Part shown: piece after piece, positions 40,877 through 50,359 of the stretch | Numbering within the stretch: position 1 is the first letter of the stretch | Layout: every line of letters starts with the position of its first letter | Assembly: GCA_963719495.1 (NCBI GenBank) | Contig: CAVRCI010000013.1 | Location: 608,001 to 672,000, forward strand | From: an uncultured Verrucomicrobiae bacterium | GTDB lineage: Bacteria; Verrucomicrobiota; Verrucomicrobiia; Chthoniobacterales; JAATET01 | DNA length: 64,000 nt | Direction of reading: 5' to 3' | Notes under the pieces: generated by a model | Told to the model about the DNA's origin: nothing | Databases searched by the model: none | Seen by the model: the letters and a program-made list of their open reading frames with translations, nothing else | Made by a program: the position numbers and the translations under genes

Positions 40877-41071
40877 ATGACTTTTAAGGCAGTCATTCAC
40901 CCCTCTGAAGATGGCGGCTTTTGGGCGGAGGTTCCCGCTCTTCCAGGATGTGTTTCCCAAGGGGAATCCATGGAGGAACTTCGCTTTAACATCCAGGAAG
41001 CTGTCGAGCTATGGCTTGAAGCGGGATCACCCGAAGAGACGGAGGGTCAGATCCTGGAACTTGCGATTTGA
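40877..41071 (+). CDS. HicB antitoxin
   Basis: EDGGFWAEVPALPGCVSQGES. Confidence 0.88.
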   Translation: MTFKAVIHPSEDGGFWAEVPALPGCVSQGESMEELRFNIQEAVELWLEAGSPEETEGQILELAI

Positions 41072-41276
41072 AGCAGGTTACGGGCAGGCAGCTTGCCAGA
41101 TCTGTCGAGAAACGCGGATGGATCCTCTCGCGAGTCAAAAGCAGTCACCACGTTTTCATAAAAGCTGGACGACCGGAACGAATCGTTATCCCGATCCACG
41201 GCAATCGGCCCTTAAGCTTGGCCTTCTCAAATCCCTAATGAAGATCGCCGCTCTCCAAGAGAGCGGCATCAAATGA
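41068..41276 (+). pseudogene. HicA toxin, frameshifted
   Basis: KRGWILSRVKSSHHVF...IPIHGNRP, then a frameshift near 41210 into LKLGLLKSLMK. Confidence 0.75.
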
Positions 41277-41293
41277 CCGTAACGAGCCGCTAG

Positions 41294-42890
41294 CAGCCTG
41301 TCGGACTTACAAGAGCGACAAAATCCAAGAAACCTGTCAGACAGGGAGGATGGCAGTGAGATACGTCAACGTGGATCATGAGACCCCGCTACTTTTACCG
41401 CCGGACCTACGGGACTGGGTTCCGGCAGGGCACATGGTTCATTTCGTGATGGACGCGGTAGGGGCGTTGAATCTTGGGGCGGCAAAGAGGAACGAAAGGG
41501 GGACGGGATCGGCGCAGTATCCGCCGTCGATGATGCTGGGGTTGCTGATTTACAGCTACGCGACGGGCACATTTGGGAGTCGGCGCATTGAAACGCTCAC
41601 GCACGAGAATGTGGCCGTGCGCTACCTGTGTGCCGGACACCATCCTGACCACGACTCGATCTGCAAATTCCGCCGAGAGAACGCGGAACTGCTCAGCAGT
41701 TGCTTTCATCAGGTTCTTGAACTGGCGGCAGGATCAGGAGTGTTGAAGGTGGGAGATTTGACCGTCTCGCTGGACGGCACCAAGCTTCTGGCCAACGCGA
41801 GTCGCCACAGCGCGATGAGTCACGGACGGATCGAAGAGCAGATGACGCTGGCCAGCGAGCAAATACAGGAGCTGTTGGCCAAGGCCGAGAATGCCGACAG
41901 CACCCCGCTGGCCGACGGGCTGGAGATCCCGCAGGAAATCAAACGTCGCGAGGATCGACTGGCCAAGCTTGTACAAGCCAAGGCCGCTCTGGAAGCTCGG
42001 GTCAAAGTCCGCTTCGAGCAGGAAAGCACGGCCCACGCCGAAAAGCTCGCCACCCGCGCACAAAGCGAGCAGAGCACCGGTCGCAAAGCACGTGGCAAGG
42101 CACCTGAACCGCCCACCGAAGGCCCCCGTCCCAAGGACCAATATAACTTCACCGATCCCGAGAGCCGGATTATGAAAGACAAAAGCAGCTTCGCGCAGTG
42201 CTACAACGCGCAGGCCGCCGTGGATGTCGACACCATGCTCATCGTCGGAGCCCATCTCACCGACGCGCCCAACGACAAGCAACAACTCCAACCCGGAGTG
42301 GAGTCCGTGAGTCCGGTCGTCGGCAGCGTCAGCCAAGTGCTCGTCGACAGTGGCTACTACAGCCAGGAAGCGGTTGCGACCGTGGAAGCCCGAGACGGGA
42401 ACCCGAAAGTTTACGCCGCGCAAAAGCGCCAGCCCCACGGGCGCACAATTGCTGATCTGGAACTCCGAGCCGACCCGCCCGCACCGCCACCCGATGCTCC
42501 GCCTACCGAAATCATGGCCCACCGACTCACCACCGCGACTGGGCGCGAACTTTACGCCCTGCGCAAACAAACCGTCGAACCCGCCTTCGGCATTATCAAA
42601 GAAGCCATGGGATTCCGACGCCTGCTCCTGCGTGGGAAGGAAAAAGCCGCCTTGGAATGGTCATTAGTCACCACCGCCTACAACCTCAAACGCCTTTTCG
42701 GACTCGGGATGCAGATCGCAAGGGCATAAGGAGCCCGCCATCTCGCTTTTCACACCCGCCGGCAGAGGCCGTCAACGACACCGACAGCTTCGTTCCCGTC
42801 ATTGGACTTTCCGGTCCGCTCGCCAACGGCCAACCCAAACCTACCCCAAAAATCCCACGTCAACCCGCTGGCTCCAAGTCCGACAGGCTG
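41294..42890 (+). mobile_element. IS1182-family IS; TIR CAGCCTGTCGGACTT; flanked by CTAG duplication
   Basis: Perfect inverted ends; CTAG at 41290-41293 and 42891-42894. Confidence 0.88.
41350..42729 (+). CDS. IS1182 family transposase
   Basis: PDHDSICKFR, LDGTK, TDPESR, DSGY, RKQTVEPAFGIIK. Confidence 0.92.
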   Translation: MAVRYVNVDHETPLLLPPDLRDWVPAGHMVHFVMDAVGALNLGAAKRNERGTGSAQYPPSMMLGLLIYSYATGTFGSRRIETLTHENVAVRYLCAGHHPDHDSICKFRRENAELLSSCFHQVLELAAGSGVLKVGDLTVSLDGTKLLANASRHSAMSHGRIEEQMTLASEQIQELLAKAENADSTPLADGLEIPQEIKRREDRLAKLVQAKAALEARVKVRFEQESTAHAEKLATRAQSEQSTGRKARGKAPEPPTEGPRPKDQYNFTDPESRIMKDKSSFAQCYNAQAAVDVDTMLIVGAHLTDAPNDKQQLQPGVESVSPVVGSVSQVLVDSGYYSQEAVATVEARDGNPKVYAAQKRQPHGRTIADLELRADPPAPPPDAPPTEIMAHRLTTATGRELYALRKQTVEPAFGIIKEAMGFRRLLLRGKEKAALEWSLVTTAYNLKRLFGLGMQIARA

Positions 42891-43060
42891 CTAGCAACCC
42901 GCCACGAGCGACTCTCAACCATTTCCTCCGTGCCGGTAGCAGCACGGGAACTCGCGCAAGCCGAGCTTACGACACAGCCTACAAGGCAACGCGCAGAGGG
43001 TGAAGCTACACTGTTTTCCTTCCGCGTTGATTTTTCCGCGAAAACCTCGATCCTCAGGAG

Positions 43061-43360
43061 ATGAATGAGATGGGCAGTCTCCCTGCCGAGCGCCTGCAAA
43101 AGGCAACCGTCGATCCGCGGGTTCGGTTTGGTGTCAAAGGCCTCTCGGTCTTCGGCTCCCGGCGACGTGGTGGAGCGCAGGTGGCAAGCGATCTCGACCT
43201 GCTCGTCGAGTTTGATCGACCGATCGGTCTGCTTGCCTTCAATCAATTGGAATCCGAGTTGAGAGAACTCACGGGATGCCGGGTCGACCTGGTCATGCGC
43301 TCAGCCCTCAAACCCAGCCTCGGAGCCCGGATTCTCGCGGAGGCGATTCCGGTTCCGTGA
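43061..43360 (+). CDS. MNT antitoxin (paralog of 47567)
   Basis: FGSRRRG...SDLDLLVEFD...VDLV. Confidence 0.82.
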   Translation: MNEMGSLPAERLQKATVDPRVRFGVKGLSVFGSRRRGGAQVASDLDLLVEFDRPIGLLAFNQLESELRELTGCRVDLVMRSALKPSLGARILAEAIPVP

Positions 43361-43412
43361 CGGAGAGGGATCATCGAGACGACTTAGAAGATATTTTTGC
43401 GCACGCCTCGAA
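43357..43412 (+). pseudogene. Truncated HEPN (DUF86) N-terminus
   Basis: VTERDHRDDLEDIFAHA matches the start of the 47863 HEPN; cut off where convergent vapC ends. Confidence 0.65.
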
Positions 43413-43415
43413 CCC

Positions 43416-43844
43416 TCAGTCGAGCGGATTGACCCAATTCAGCCCGGGGAATCGTCCAAAATCGGTGTCTGTCGAGTTCAGAGTGTATCCGGTCTCGATT
43501 GCCAGAGCAGCCAAGTGAGCATCGGTCGTGAGATTGCCCCCAAGCTCGATCGCGATGAGTAGCGAACTCAGAGTTCGGAAATGGTTGGTTGCCGGGTTGA
43601 GGACAAACACGTGAGGTTGGTCCAGCCACTCCTGAACACGTTCGGCTGCAGCGGTCGGAGAAAGTGGATTCGCGAAAATTCGGGGCTGGGTCGTGATTCG
43701 GACGAATCCCAGGATGACAACCCACGGCAGCGCGATTCCTTCGGTCCCATTCAGGCAGCCTTCCCACCATAACCGAGCCGGATCGTGGGATGGGGCGCTC
43801 ACGTTATGTGCGTAAACGAGAAGATTGATATCCGGCAGAATCAT
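43416..43844 (-). CDS. VapC PIN-domain toxin
   Basis: MILPDINLLVYAH, TDAHLAALA, STDTDF. Confidence 0.9.
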   Translation of the reverse strand: MILPDINLLVYAHNVSAPSHDPARLWWEGCLNGTEGIALPWVVILGFVRITTQPRIFANPLSPTAAAERVQEWLDQPHVFVLNPATNHFRTLSSLLIAIELGGNLTTDAHLAALAIETGYTLNSTDTDFGRFPGLNWVNPLD

Positions 43845-44104
43845 TTCCCCAATGCCTTTACGGAATACTCAGCGGACTCGAGTTCATCGTTGAGTTGATT
43901 CAGACGATTCCAATCGAGTCCTGGACTGACACCAAAGTCATGCGGTCGGACAACCACCTTCCGCCTTGGCTCGCTTGAAAAGTCGGCGTTCAAACCCCGC
44001 CGAATCGCGGAGTTGACGATTTTCTTGAACGACGTCCCAGTGACTGCCGATTGTTTCTGCAGAATCACCGCCAAATCATCTTCCAACGTAAGGGTCGTTC
44101 GCAT
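43841..44104 (-). CDS. VapB-type antitoxin
   Basis: MRTTLTLEDD RHH-like start; coupled to vapC. Confidence 0.85.
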   Translation of the reverse strand: MRTTLTLEDDLAVILQKQSAVTGTSFKKIVNSAIRRGLNADFSSEPRRKVVVRPHDFGVSPGLDWNRLNQLNDELESAEYSVKALGK

Positions 44105-44282
44105 GAAAGCATCATGGCATCATCCAAAGTGATGTCAATGCATCAAGTGATGTTTGAAGGGTTGAAGTGCTGAAAGATTGAGTGGTCAAGAGCGGAGGGT
44201 TTGCCTCCGGAGAAAATTCATTGTGACTGGTGACGGGTGACCAATAACCAATAACCAATAACTGTATCCCAGCCCTCCGCGC

Positions 44283-44450
44283 CTCAGCACCTCTGCGGGA
44301 TAAAAAGCATCAGCATTCAATACAGGAACTCGCGCAACCGAAGGCTCGGGAGAGCCGAAGATAGACGAAAAGCCCGAAGGGTGACCGAGCCGGGTTGCGA
44401 GGGAATCAAAGGCGCGGAGGCGCAAAGGTTGATACAAATGCGGATGAGAA
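44283..44450 (+). repeat. Modular inter-cassette repeat; related copies near 45702, 47384, 48245, 49191, partial 40660-40770
   Basis: Shared CTCAGCGCCTCTGCGGGATAAAAAG...CAGG(A/G)ACTCGCGC backbone. Confidence 0.9.
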
Positions 44451-44639
44451 AAAGCTGAAAGAAAAGAACAGGGGAAATCAAAGGAAGCTAAACTTTAAAA
44501 AGCGTCTCAGCGCGATCAAGCCCAGTCAGCTAAAATTTTCTCCCTACTAAGTAACTCCCACGGCCGCAACGGAACTCTTGGGACGATGGACGGCAAATCC
44601 CGGGCACGCTGAGTCACCTATTTCAATTTTCCACCAACC

Positions 44640-45158
44640 ATGCGTGACGAAACTGATCTCCGGAAGCTCGAGGCATTTCTCCGGGAGCTCGGGAATGCGG
44701 TGACGAGCCCGGGCCGGATCTATCTCACGGGTGGAGGAACCGCCGTGTTGCACGGTTGGCGAGGGATGACGATCGACGTTGCTTTGAAGGCCGACCCCGA
44801 GCCGAACGGACTCTTTGAGGCGATCGCGAGGCTGAAAGACAGTCTGAGTTTGAACGTCGAACTCGCTTCGCCGGAAGATTTCATTCCCCGGCTTCCGGGA
44901 TGGGAAGACCGAAGTCTTTTCATCGCGCGTCACAGGAAAATCGATTTGTTCCATTACGATCTGTATTCGCAAGCGCTGTCCAAGCTTGAGCGCTCCCACG
45001 CCCGGGACGAGCTGGACGTGAGGGCGATGGTTGATCGCGGCCTCGTTGACAAATCGCGTCTCTGGGAGTTGTTTGAAGTGATCGAGTCGGGTCTCCTGCG
45101 CTATCCTGCCGTTGACGGTGCCGGTTTCCGAACGCGCGTCGCTGATTTTTGCCGATGA
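44640..45158 (+). CDS. DUF6036-like nucleotidyltransferase
   Basis: YLTGGGTAVLHGWR..TIDV, SKLERSHARD. Confidence 0.75.
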   Translation: MRDETDLRKLEAFLRELGNAVTSPGRIYLTGGGTAVLHGWRGMTIDVALKADPEPNGLFEAIARLKDSLSLNVELASPEDFIPRLPGWEDRSLFIARHRKIDLFHYDLYSQALSKLERSHARDELDVRAMVDRGLVDKSRLWELFEVIESGLLRYPAVDGAGFRTRVADFCR

Positions 45159-45442
45159 TGATTCTGTCCGAAGATCTTGAGAGACTTCCTGGGTGGGATT
45201 TGATCCGCCCGGGCCTCGCCGACGCGAAGGCAGAGCGAGTCTCGCCGGAAGCCTGTCTGGTTTGGATCGCTGCTCCCCGGCTGCGCGCTGCCGGTTTATT
45301 GCCTGAGTCCAAGGTTCCGATCATCGATCCGGAGCGGACCCTTTATGGATTACTGCGCGCCCAAGGTGGGGATGCCTATCCGGCCTACCAAAGTCTGCTC
45401 CGTCGTCTATCGAAGTTCGTGCGCGCACTCGGGTCAGTGTGA
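45155..45442 (+). CDS. Small partner protein of the DUF6036 gene
   Basis: ATGA overlap; LPGWDLIRPGLAD...YQSLLRRLSKF. Confidence 0.7.
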   Translation: MMILSEDLERLPGWDLIRPGLADAKAERVSPEACLVWIAAPRLRAAGLLPESKVPIIDPERTLYGLLRAQGGDAYPAYQSLLRRLSKFVRALGSV

Positions 45443-46044
45443 GTCTCGCGCGAGCCAAGCTCGCGAGACCGCCTGCAAGGCAACGTGCAAAGACGAGGAA
45501 AAAACCGCAGATCTAGGTTACTCTGGAAGGTTTTCCTCCCACCTAGCAGCAAACTACCCGACTATCTAACATCTTTTCCGCTCACCAGTCGCGGCCCGTA
45601 ACCCCAATTCGTCTCCTCCCATGAAAAAGACGGTCATCATTGCCTCCCGCTCGCCGCTCCCAAGTTCTCGTCTCTCGACTCACCAAAAGCATGAAATGTT
45701 CCCTCAGCGCCTCTGCGGGATAAAAAGCATCAGCATCAATACAGGAACTCGCGCAACCGAAGGCTCGGGAGAGCCGAAGATAGACGAAAAGCCCGAAGGG
45801 TGACCGAGCCGGGTTGCGAGGGAATCAAAGGCGCAGAGACGCAGAGAATGAAGATGCTGATGGGTTTCAAGCGGTACCAGCCCGAAGAGCTTCAGATCAG
45901 CTGTTTTCAACGCCGAGTGGCTGGTGGCTGGTGACGAGAGCATCGGCGCGGTGGGACCGCGCGAGACAGACTGCGTCGGCTCTGCGACGCAGCCCGCAGG
46001 GCGACATGAGCGGGAGCGAAGGAGTCAATCGAGGGTCGAAGGCA

Positions 46045-46431
46045 ATGAATGAAATTCGATTTCGATTTGAGCGGCTGGACGCCTGGCAAATGGCCCGTCA
46101 GTTGAACCGTTCGATCTACCGACTGACCAAGACCTTTCCCAAAGACGAAATGTTTGCGCTCACATCTCAGCTGCGTCGGGCGTCCGTCTCGGTTAGTTCA
46201 AATATCGCGGAGGGATCAGGCCGCAACTCTGACAAAGACTTCGCGCACTTTCTCGAAATCGCTTACGGGTCGCTCATGGAAACGGTTTCCCAGTGTTTTC
46301 TCGCTCTCGATGAAGGATATTTAACGCAGAAAGACTTCGATTCGCTCGCGGGTGATGCAGACAAACTCGCGGGGAAGATCGTCGCGCTCTCCAAGTCACT
46401 CGGTCGTTCAGCCCGAATTCACCAGAAATAA
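46045..46431 (+). CDS. Four helix bundle protein (IVS/Avd-like)
   Basis: FRFERLDAWQ, LTSQLRRASVSVSSNIAEG, IAYGSLMET. Confidence 0.92.
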   Translation: MNEIRFRFERLDAWQMARQLNRSIYRLTKTFPKDEMFALTSQLRRASVSVSSNIAEGSGRNSDKDFAHFLEIAYGSLMETVSQCFLALDEGYLTQKDFDSLAGDADKLAGKIVALSKSLGRSARIHQK

Positions 46432-46640
46432 GCCCTCGACTCTCGACGCTCGACTCCTCCGACCTCAGAAATAAGCCCTCGACTCTCGACGCTCGTCCCT
46501 CGACTCCTGCGACCTCAGAAATAAGCCCTCGACGCTCGACGCTCGTCCCTCGACTCCTCCGACCTCAGAAATAAGCCCTCGACTCTCGACGCTCGTCCCT
46601 CGACTCCTGCGACCTCAGAAATAAGCCCTCGATGCTCGTC
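46423..46640. repeat. Tandem repeat, units of 43/50/50/50 bp plus a partial, starting in the last codons of the four-helix gene
   Basis: CAGAAATAAGCCCTCGA at 46423, 46466, 46516, 46566, 46616. Confidence 0.95.
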
Positions 46641-46691
46641 ATTTGCCCCCTGGCATTTCCATTCCCGGCCTCGCGTGCTAGATTCTCCCAG

Positions 46692-47009
46692 ATGAACCAT
46701 CTTCTCGAGAGCAAGCAGGTGGAGATCGTCGATGCGTGCGAGCAATTCGACGTTGAGAGACTTGCAGCATTCGGATCGGTCGTGAGGGACGATTTCCGAG
46801 CCGGTGCGAGTGATGTTGACTTTCTCGTTCGATTTCGAGCGCCCGGTGAACCGGGTTATTCAGACCGATATTTGGATTTTGCCGAGACGTTGGAGCGACA
46901 CTTGGGACATTCGGTCGATCTGTTGACCGAGAGATCCCTCCGGAACCCTTACCTCCGGCAAAGGATCACCGAGGAAGCCCAGGTCGTCTATGAATCGCAA
47001 AGTTCTTAA
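46692..47009 (+). CDS. MNT antitoxin
   Basis: FGSVVR...SDVDFLV...VDLLT...NPY. Confidence 0.88.
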   Translation: MNHLLESKQVEIVDACEQFDVERLAAFGSVVRDDFRAGASDVDFLVRFRAPGEPGYSDRYLDFAETLERHLGHSVDLLTERSLRNPYLRQRITEEAQVVYESQSS

Positions 47010-47330
47010 GCGGCTGGAAGATGCCCGGGTGGCGTGCCTAAAAATCCAGAACTTCACCAATTGTCAGGATTTCGCAGCTTTCCAGAGCAGTGATTTAGTC
47101 CGGGCAGCCGTAGAGCGGCAACTAGAGATTATTGGGGAAGCGCTCGGCAAAGCCCTAGCTGACGCGCCCCAACTCGAGGAATCCATCCCAGAGATTCACC
47201 GGGCATCGGAATCCGTAATCGCCTGATTCACGGATACGACAGCGTAGATGATGAAATCGTCTGGGATGTGGTCAGGCTCAAACTAATCCCGTTTCTTGAC
47301 CGACTTGGACTCCTTCTGGATGGCAATTGA
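46990..47330 (+). pseudogene. HEPN (DUF86) toxin, frameshifted
   Basis: AVERQLEIIGEA; frameshift near 47204 moves RNRLIHGYDSVD out of frame. Confidence 0.8.
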
Positions 47331-47566
47331 ACGAATGCCGACCGTTACCCGCTCGCCCGTAACTCATCGCCCTTCCCTCCGCGCCTCAGCGCCTCTGCGG
47401 GATAAAAGTATCAGTATCAATACAGGGACTCGCGCAGCTGCAACGGATGTGCAGCAACGGCCAGGCCAGCAACCCTAAAGCCGTAGAGGAAAGTTGGCTT
47501 CTAGTTTTCCCGGAGTTTCCCACCTTCCCCGTTGATCTTTCCAGAGAGAACCACGAAGTTTCGGTC

Positions 47567-47866
47567 ATGAGAGAAAACGGAGGGTTCCCTGTCGAGCGAC
47601 TGCGCTTGGCAGCCACCGGACTGCGGGATCAATATGGAATCAAGCAGCTTTCGGTATTTGGTTCCCGTCGACGTGGCGAAGGGCACGAGGAGAGCGATCT
47701 CGATCTGCTCGTGGAGTTCGACCGCCCGATCGGTCTGCTTGCCTTCAATCAGTTGGAATTCGAGCTGAGTGAACTCACGGGATGCCGGGTCGACCTGGTC
47801 ATGCGTTCGGCTCTCAAACCGAGCTTGGGAGCGAGGATTCTCGCGGACGCATTATCAATCTCGTGA
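47567..47866 (+). CDS. MNT antitoxin
   Basis: FGSRRRG..SDLDLLVEFD. Confidence 0.85.
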   Translation: MRENGGFPVERLRLAATGLRDQYGIKQLSVFGSRRRGEGHEESDLDLLVEFDRPIGLLAFNQLEFELSELTGCRVDLVMRSALKPSLGARILADALSIS

Positions 47867-48210
47867 GGGGCAGGGTCCACCGAGACTCCTTGGAAGACAT
47901 TGTTGCGCACGCGAATCGAGCCGGAGACTTCATTGTCGGAATGGATTTCACCGCCTTCCGAGTTGACGAGAAAACCAACTTTGCGGTCGTTCGCTGCCTT
48001 GAAATCATCGGCGAAGCCTCGAAAAGAATCCCGGAGCAGATCCGGGCGCGCTATCCCGCTATCCCGTGGATAGCGATGGCCGGGATGCGCGATAAATCGA
48101 CTCACGATTATTTTGGTGTCGATTTGGAAGTCGTCTGGCACACGGTTGCCGTTGAGTTGCCTCCGTTGATCGTGGCAATGGAATCTGTCCTCGCCGACGA
48201 AATCTCCTGA
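47863..48210 (+). CDS. HEPN (DUF86) toxin
   Basis: GTGA overlap; LEIIGEA, GMRDKSTHDYFGVD. Confidence 0.85.
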   Translation: MRGRVHRDSLEDIVAHANRAGDFIVGMDFTAFRVDEKTNFAVVRCLEIIGEASKRIPEQIRARYPAIPWIAMAGMRDKSTHDYFGVDLEVVWHTVAVELPPLIVAMESVLADEIS

Positions 48211-48462
48211 CTCGTATTCAGTAACCCGTAACACACGGCTACTCCCTCAGCGGTTGCTGGCCTGGCCGTTGCTGCGCATCCGTTGCAGCTGCGGGATAAA
48301 AAGCATCGGTATCCATCCAGGAACTCGCGCGAGCCGAGCTTGCGAGACAGTCTGCAAGGCAACGCGCACAGGGTGCAGATGGTGATCGGTTTCCCTCGAG
48401 GCGAGCTGTTTCCACGGCTCGATACGCTCGACTTCCGAGGTGAATTGGCTTAGAAGTAACTT

Positions 48463-48783
48463 ATGCATCCGGCAATTCAGCAGATATTGCAGAAGCGATC
48501 GGGATCGGTTGCGAGCCTTTGTTCTAAGCTTTCGGTGGAAAGGCTGGGGCTCTTCGGATCGGCCTGCGGAGGGACATTCGACCCGAACGAAAGCGACTTG
48601 GATTTCCTGGTTGATTTTAAGAATGCCGATGGCCCGGGAATCGCGGACCGCTATCTCTCGCTGGTCGAAGGCCTGGAGAGCATTTTCGACCGAGAGGCGG
48701 ATGTGATCACGCGCCGATCAATCAGGAACCCCGTCTTTCGCCGGGTGACTGAGGAGACCGAGACGCTCCTGTATGAAGCGTGA
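48463..48783 (+). CDS. MNT antitoxin
   Basis: FGSACGG..SDLDFLV. Confidence 0.88.
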   Translation: MHPAIQQILQKRSGSVASLCSKLSVERLGLFGSACGGTFDPNESDLDFLVDFKNADGPGIADRYLSLVEGLESIFDREADVITRRSIRNPVFRRVTEETETLLYEA

Positions 48784-49117
48784 AACTGAAAAGCTCTTGA
48801 TTGATATCCAGATCGCTCTGAGAGATTTGGAAGATTTCACGGCAGGAGTCGATTTAGCGGGATATCGAGCCGACGCCATGCGAAGAGCTGCCGTTGAGCG
48901 GAAATTCGAGATTGTCGGAGAGGCTTGCAATGGCTTGAAAGCCGAGGATTCTGGGACATTCGACAGGATTTCTTACGCGGTCCAGATCATTGGATTCCGC
49001 AACCGTTTGATCCACGGCTACGATTCGGTCGACGATGCGATCGTCTGGGACGTCATTCAAACCAGACTTCCTCTCCTCAAGGCGGAGGTCGGCGACTTGT
49101 TGGCGAGCGACGGGTGA
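48773..49117 (+). CDS. HEPN (DUF86) toxin
   Basis: AVERKFEIVGEA, FRNRLIHGYD. Confidence 0.9.
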   Translation: MKRETEKLLIDIQIALRDLEDFTAGVDLAGYRADAMRRAAVERKFEIVGEACNGLKAEDSGTFDRISYAVQIIGFRNRLIHGYDSVDDAIVWDVIQTRLPLLKAEVGDLLASDG

Positions 49118-49646
49118 GTAGCTAGTGGCTGGTGGCGCGTTGGATTTACCTCTCCAGCCGTAACCCACTACCCATAACTCACCGCCATTCCCTCAGCGCC
49201 TCCGCGGGATAAAAATATCGATACAGGGACTCGCGCAACCGAAGGCTCCGGAGAGCCGATGATAGACGAAAAGCCCGAAGGGTGACCGAGCCGGGTTGCG
49301 AGGGAATCAAAGACGCAGCGACGCAGAGAATGATACAAATGCGGATAAAGAAGCTGAATCTTAAAAAGAAACCCCTCCGCGTCTCTGCGGTTGCTGGCCT
49401 GGCCGTTGCTGCGCCTCCGCGCCTCTGCGGGAGAAATTCCGAATCATGCAACTGATAGGGTGAGGCTCGCGCCCAATCAGCACGGTCGCTTCCTCAATAA
49501 GAGCGAGTCGTTCGTCAACCAGAAGCGGCAACCGACGACCTCTGATTTACGATTTCCGAACCCCGACGAAGATCCCCAGGAAATCGATCCCGATCTCCGC
49601 TTACTTCGCGTTGCCAACAGGGAGCGTCCATCGTAGTTCTTTGAAT

Positions 49647-49946
49647 ATGCAGACCGTTGATTTTCAGGATCAATTCGCCGGTCCATGTCGGCGGCATCTG
49701 GTGAAACGATTGCAGCTCTTCGGATCAGTTTCGCGGGGACAGGGGACACCGGGGAGCGATTTGGACCTCCTGGTCCAGTTTCACGAAATGTCCGCCGCGG
49801 ATTACTCGAGTCATTATTTTGCTCTACTCCATGAGATCGAGGACAAATTGGACCGGCGCATTGACTTGCTGACACCCGCCGGGCTCAAGCGACGGTTGCT
49901 CAAGGATAATATCGAGAAAGAGGCGATTCTTTTGTATGAAGATTGA
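49647..49946 (+). CDS. MNT antitoxin
   Basis: FGSVSRG..SDLDLLV..IDLLT. Confidence 0.85.
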   Translation: MQTVDFQDQFAGPCRRHLVKRLQLFGSVSRGQGTPGSDLDLLVQFHEMSAADYSSHYFALLHEIEDKLDRRIDLLTPAGLKRRLLKDNIEKEAILLYED

Positions 49947-50283
49947 AGTTCGCGAGGATCTCGAAGCGATCATCGAGCACGGGAGTCAAATCGAGGAGTT
50001 CGTCTCAGAACTGACCTTTGAGACGTAGGCGAATGATCCCAAGACTCGATTGGCGGTTGAACGAGCGTTTGAAATCATTGGGGAAGCCCTCAATCGAATT
50101 GCCAAATTGGAGCCTGAGGTTCTGGAACGCGTTACGGACCATCGGAAAATTATCTCATTTCGAAATATTCTCGCGCATTGCTATGACAGCATAGAAGACA
50201 AGATCGTCTGGGGAATCGTCGAGGACGCGCTGCCGCAGCTCATGGCCCAGGTCCGCTGCCTCCTTCCGAAAGGACCAGCCTGA
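49936..50283 (+). pseudogene. HEPN (DUF86) toxin with internal TAG
   Basis: In-frame TAG at 50026; later AVERAFEIIGEA, FRNILAH. Confidence 0.8.
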
Positions 50284-50291
50284 CAGCCACC

Positions 50292-50340
50292 GACATCCGA
50301 CATCTGACATCTGACATCTGACATCTGACATCTGACATCC
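50292..50340. repeat. (TCTGACA)n heptamer tract
   Basis: Read directly between two cassettes. Confidence 0.9.
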
Positions 50341-50359
50341 AGCCACTGACCACCGACCA

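Noticed and set aside
46045..46431. Diversity-generating retroelement (Avd-like gene)
   Set aside because: No reverse transcriptase and no TR/VR pair with adenine-specific mismatches in the window
46423..46640. Possible CRISPR array
   Set aside because: The intervening sequences are near-identical rather than unique spacers, and there are no cas genes
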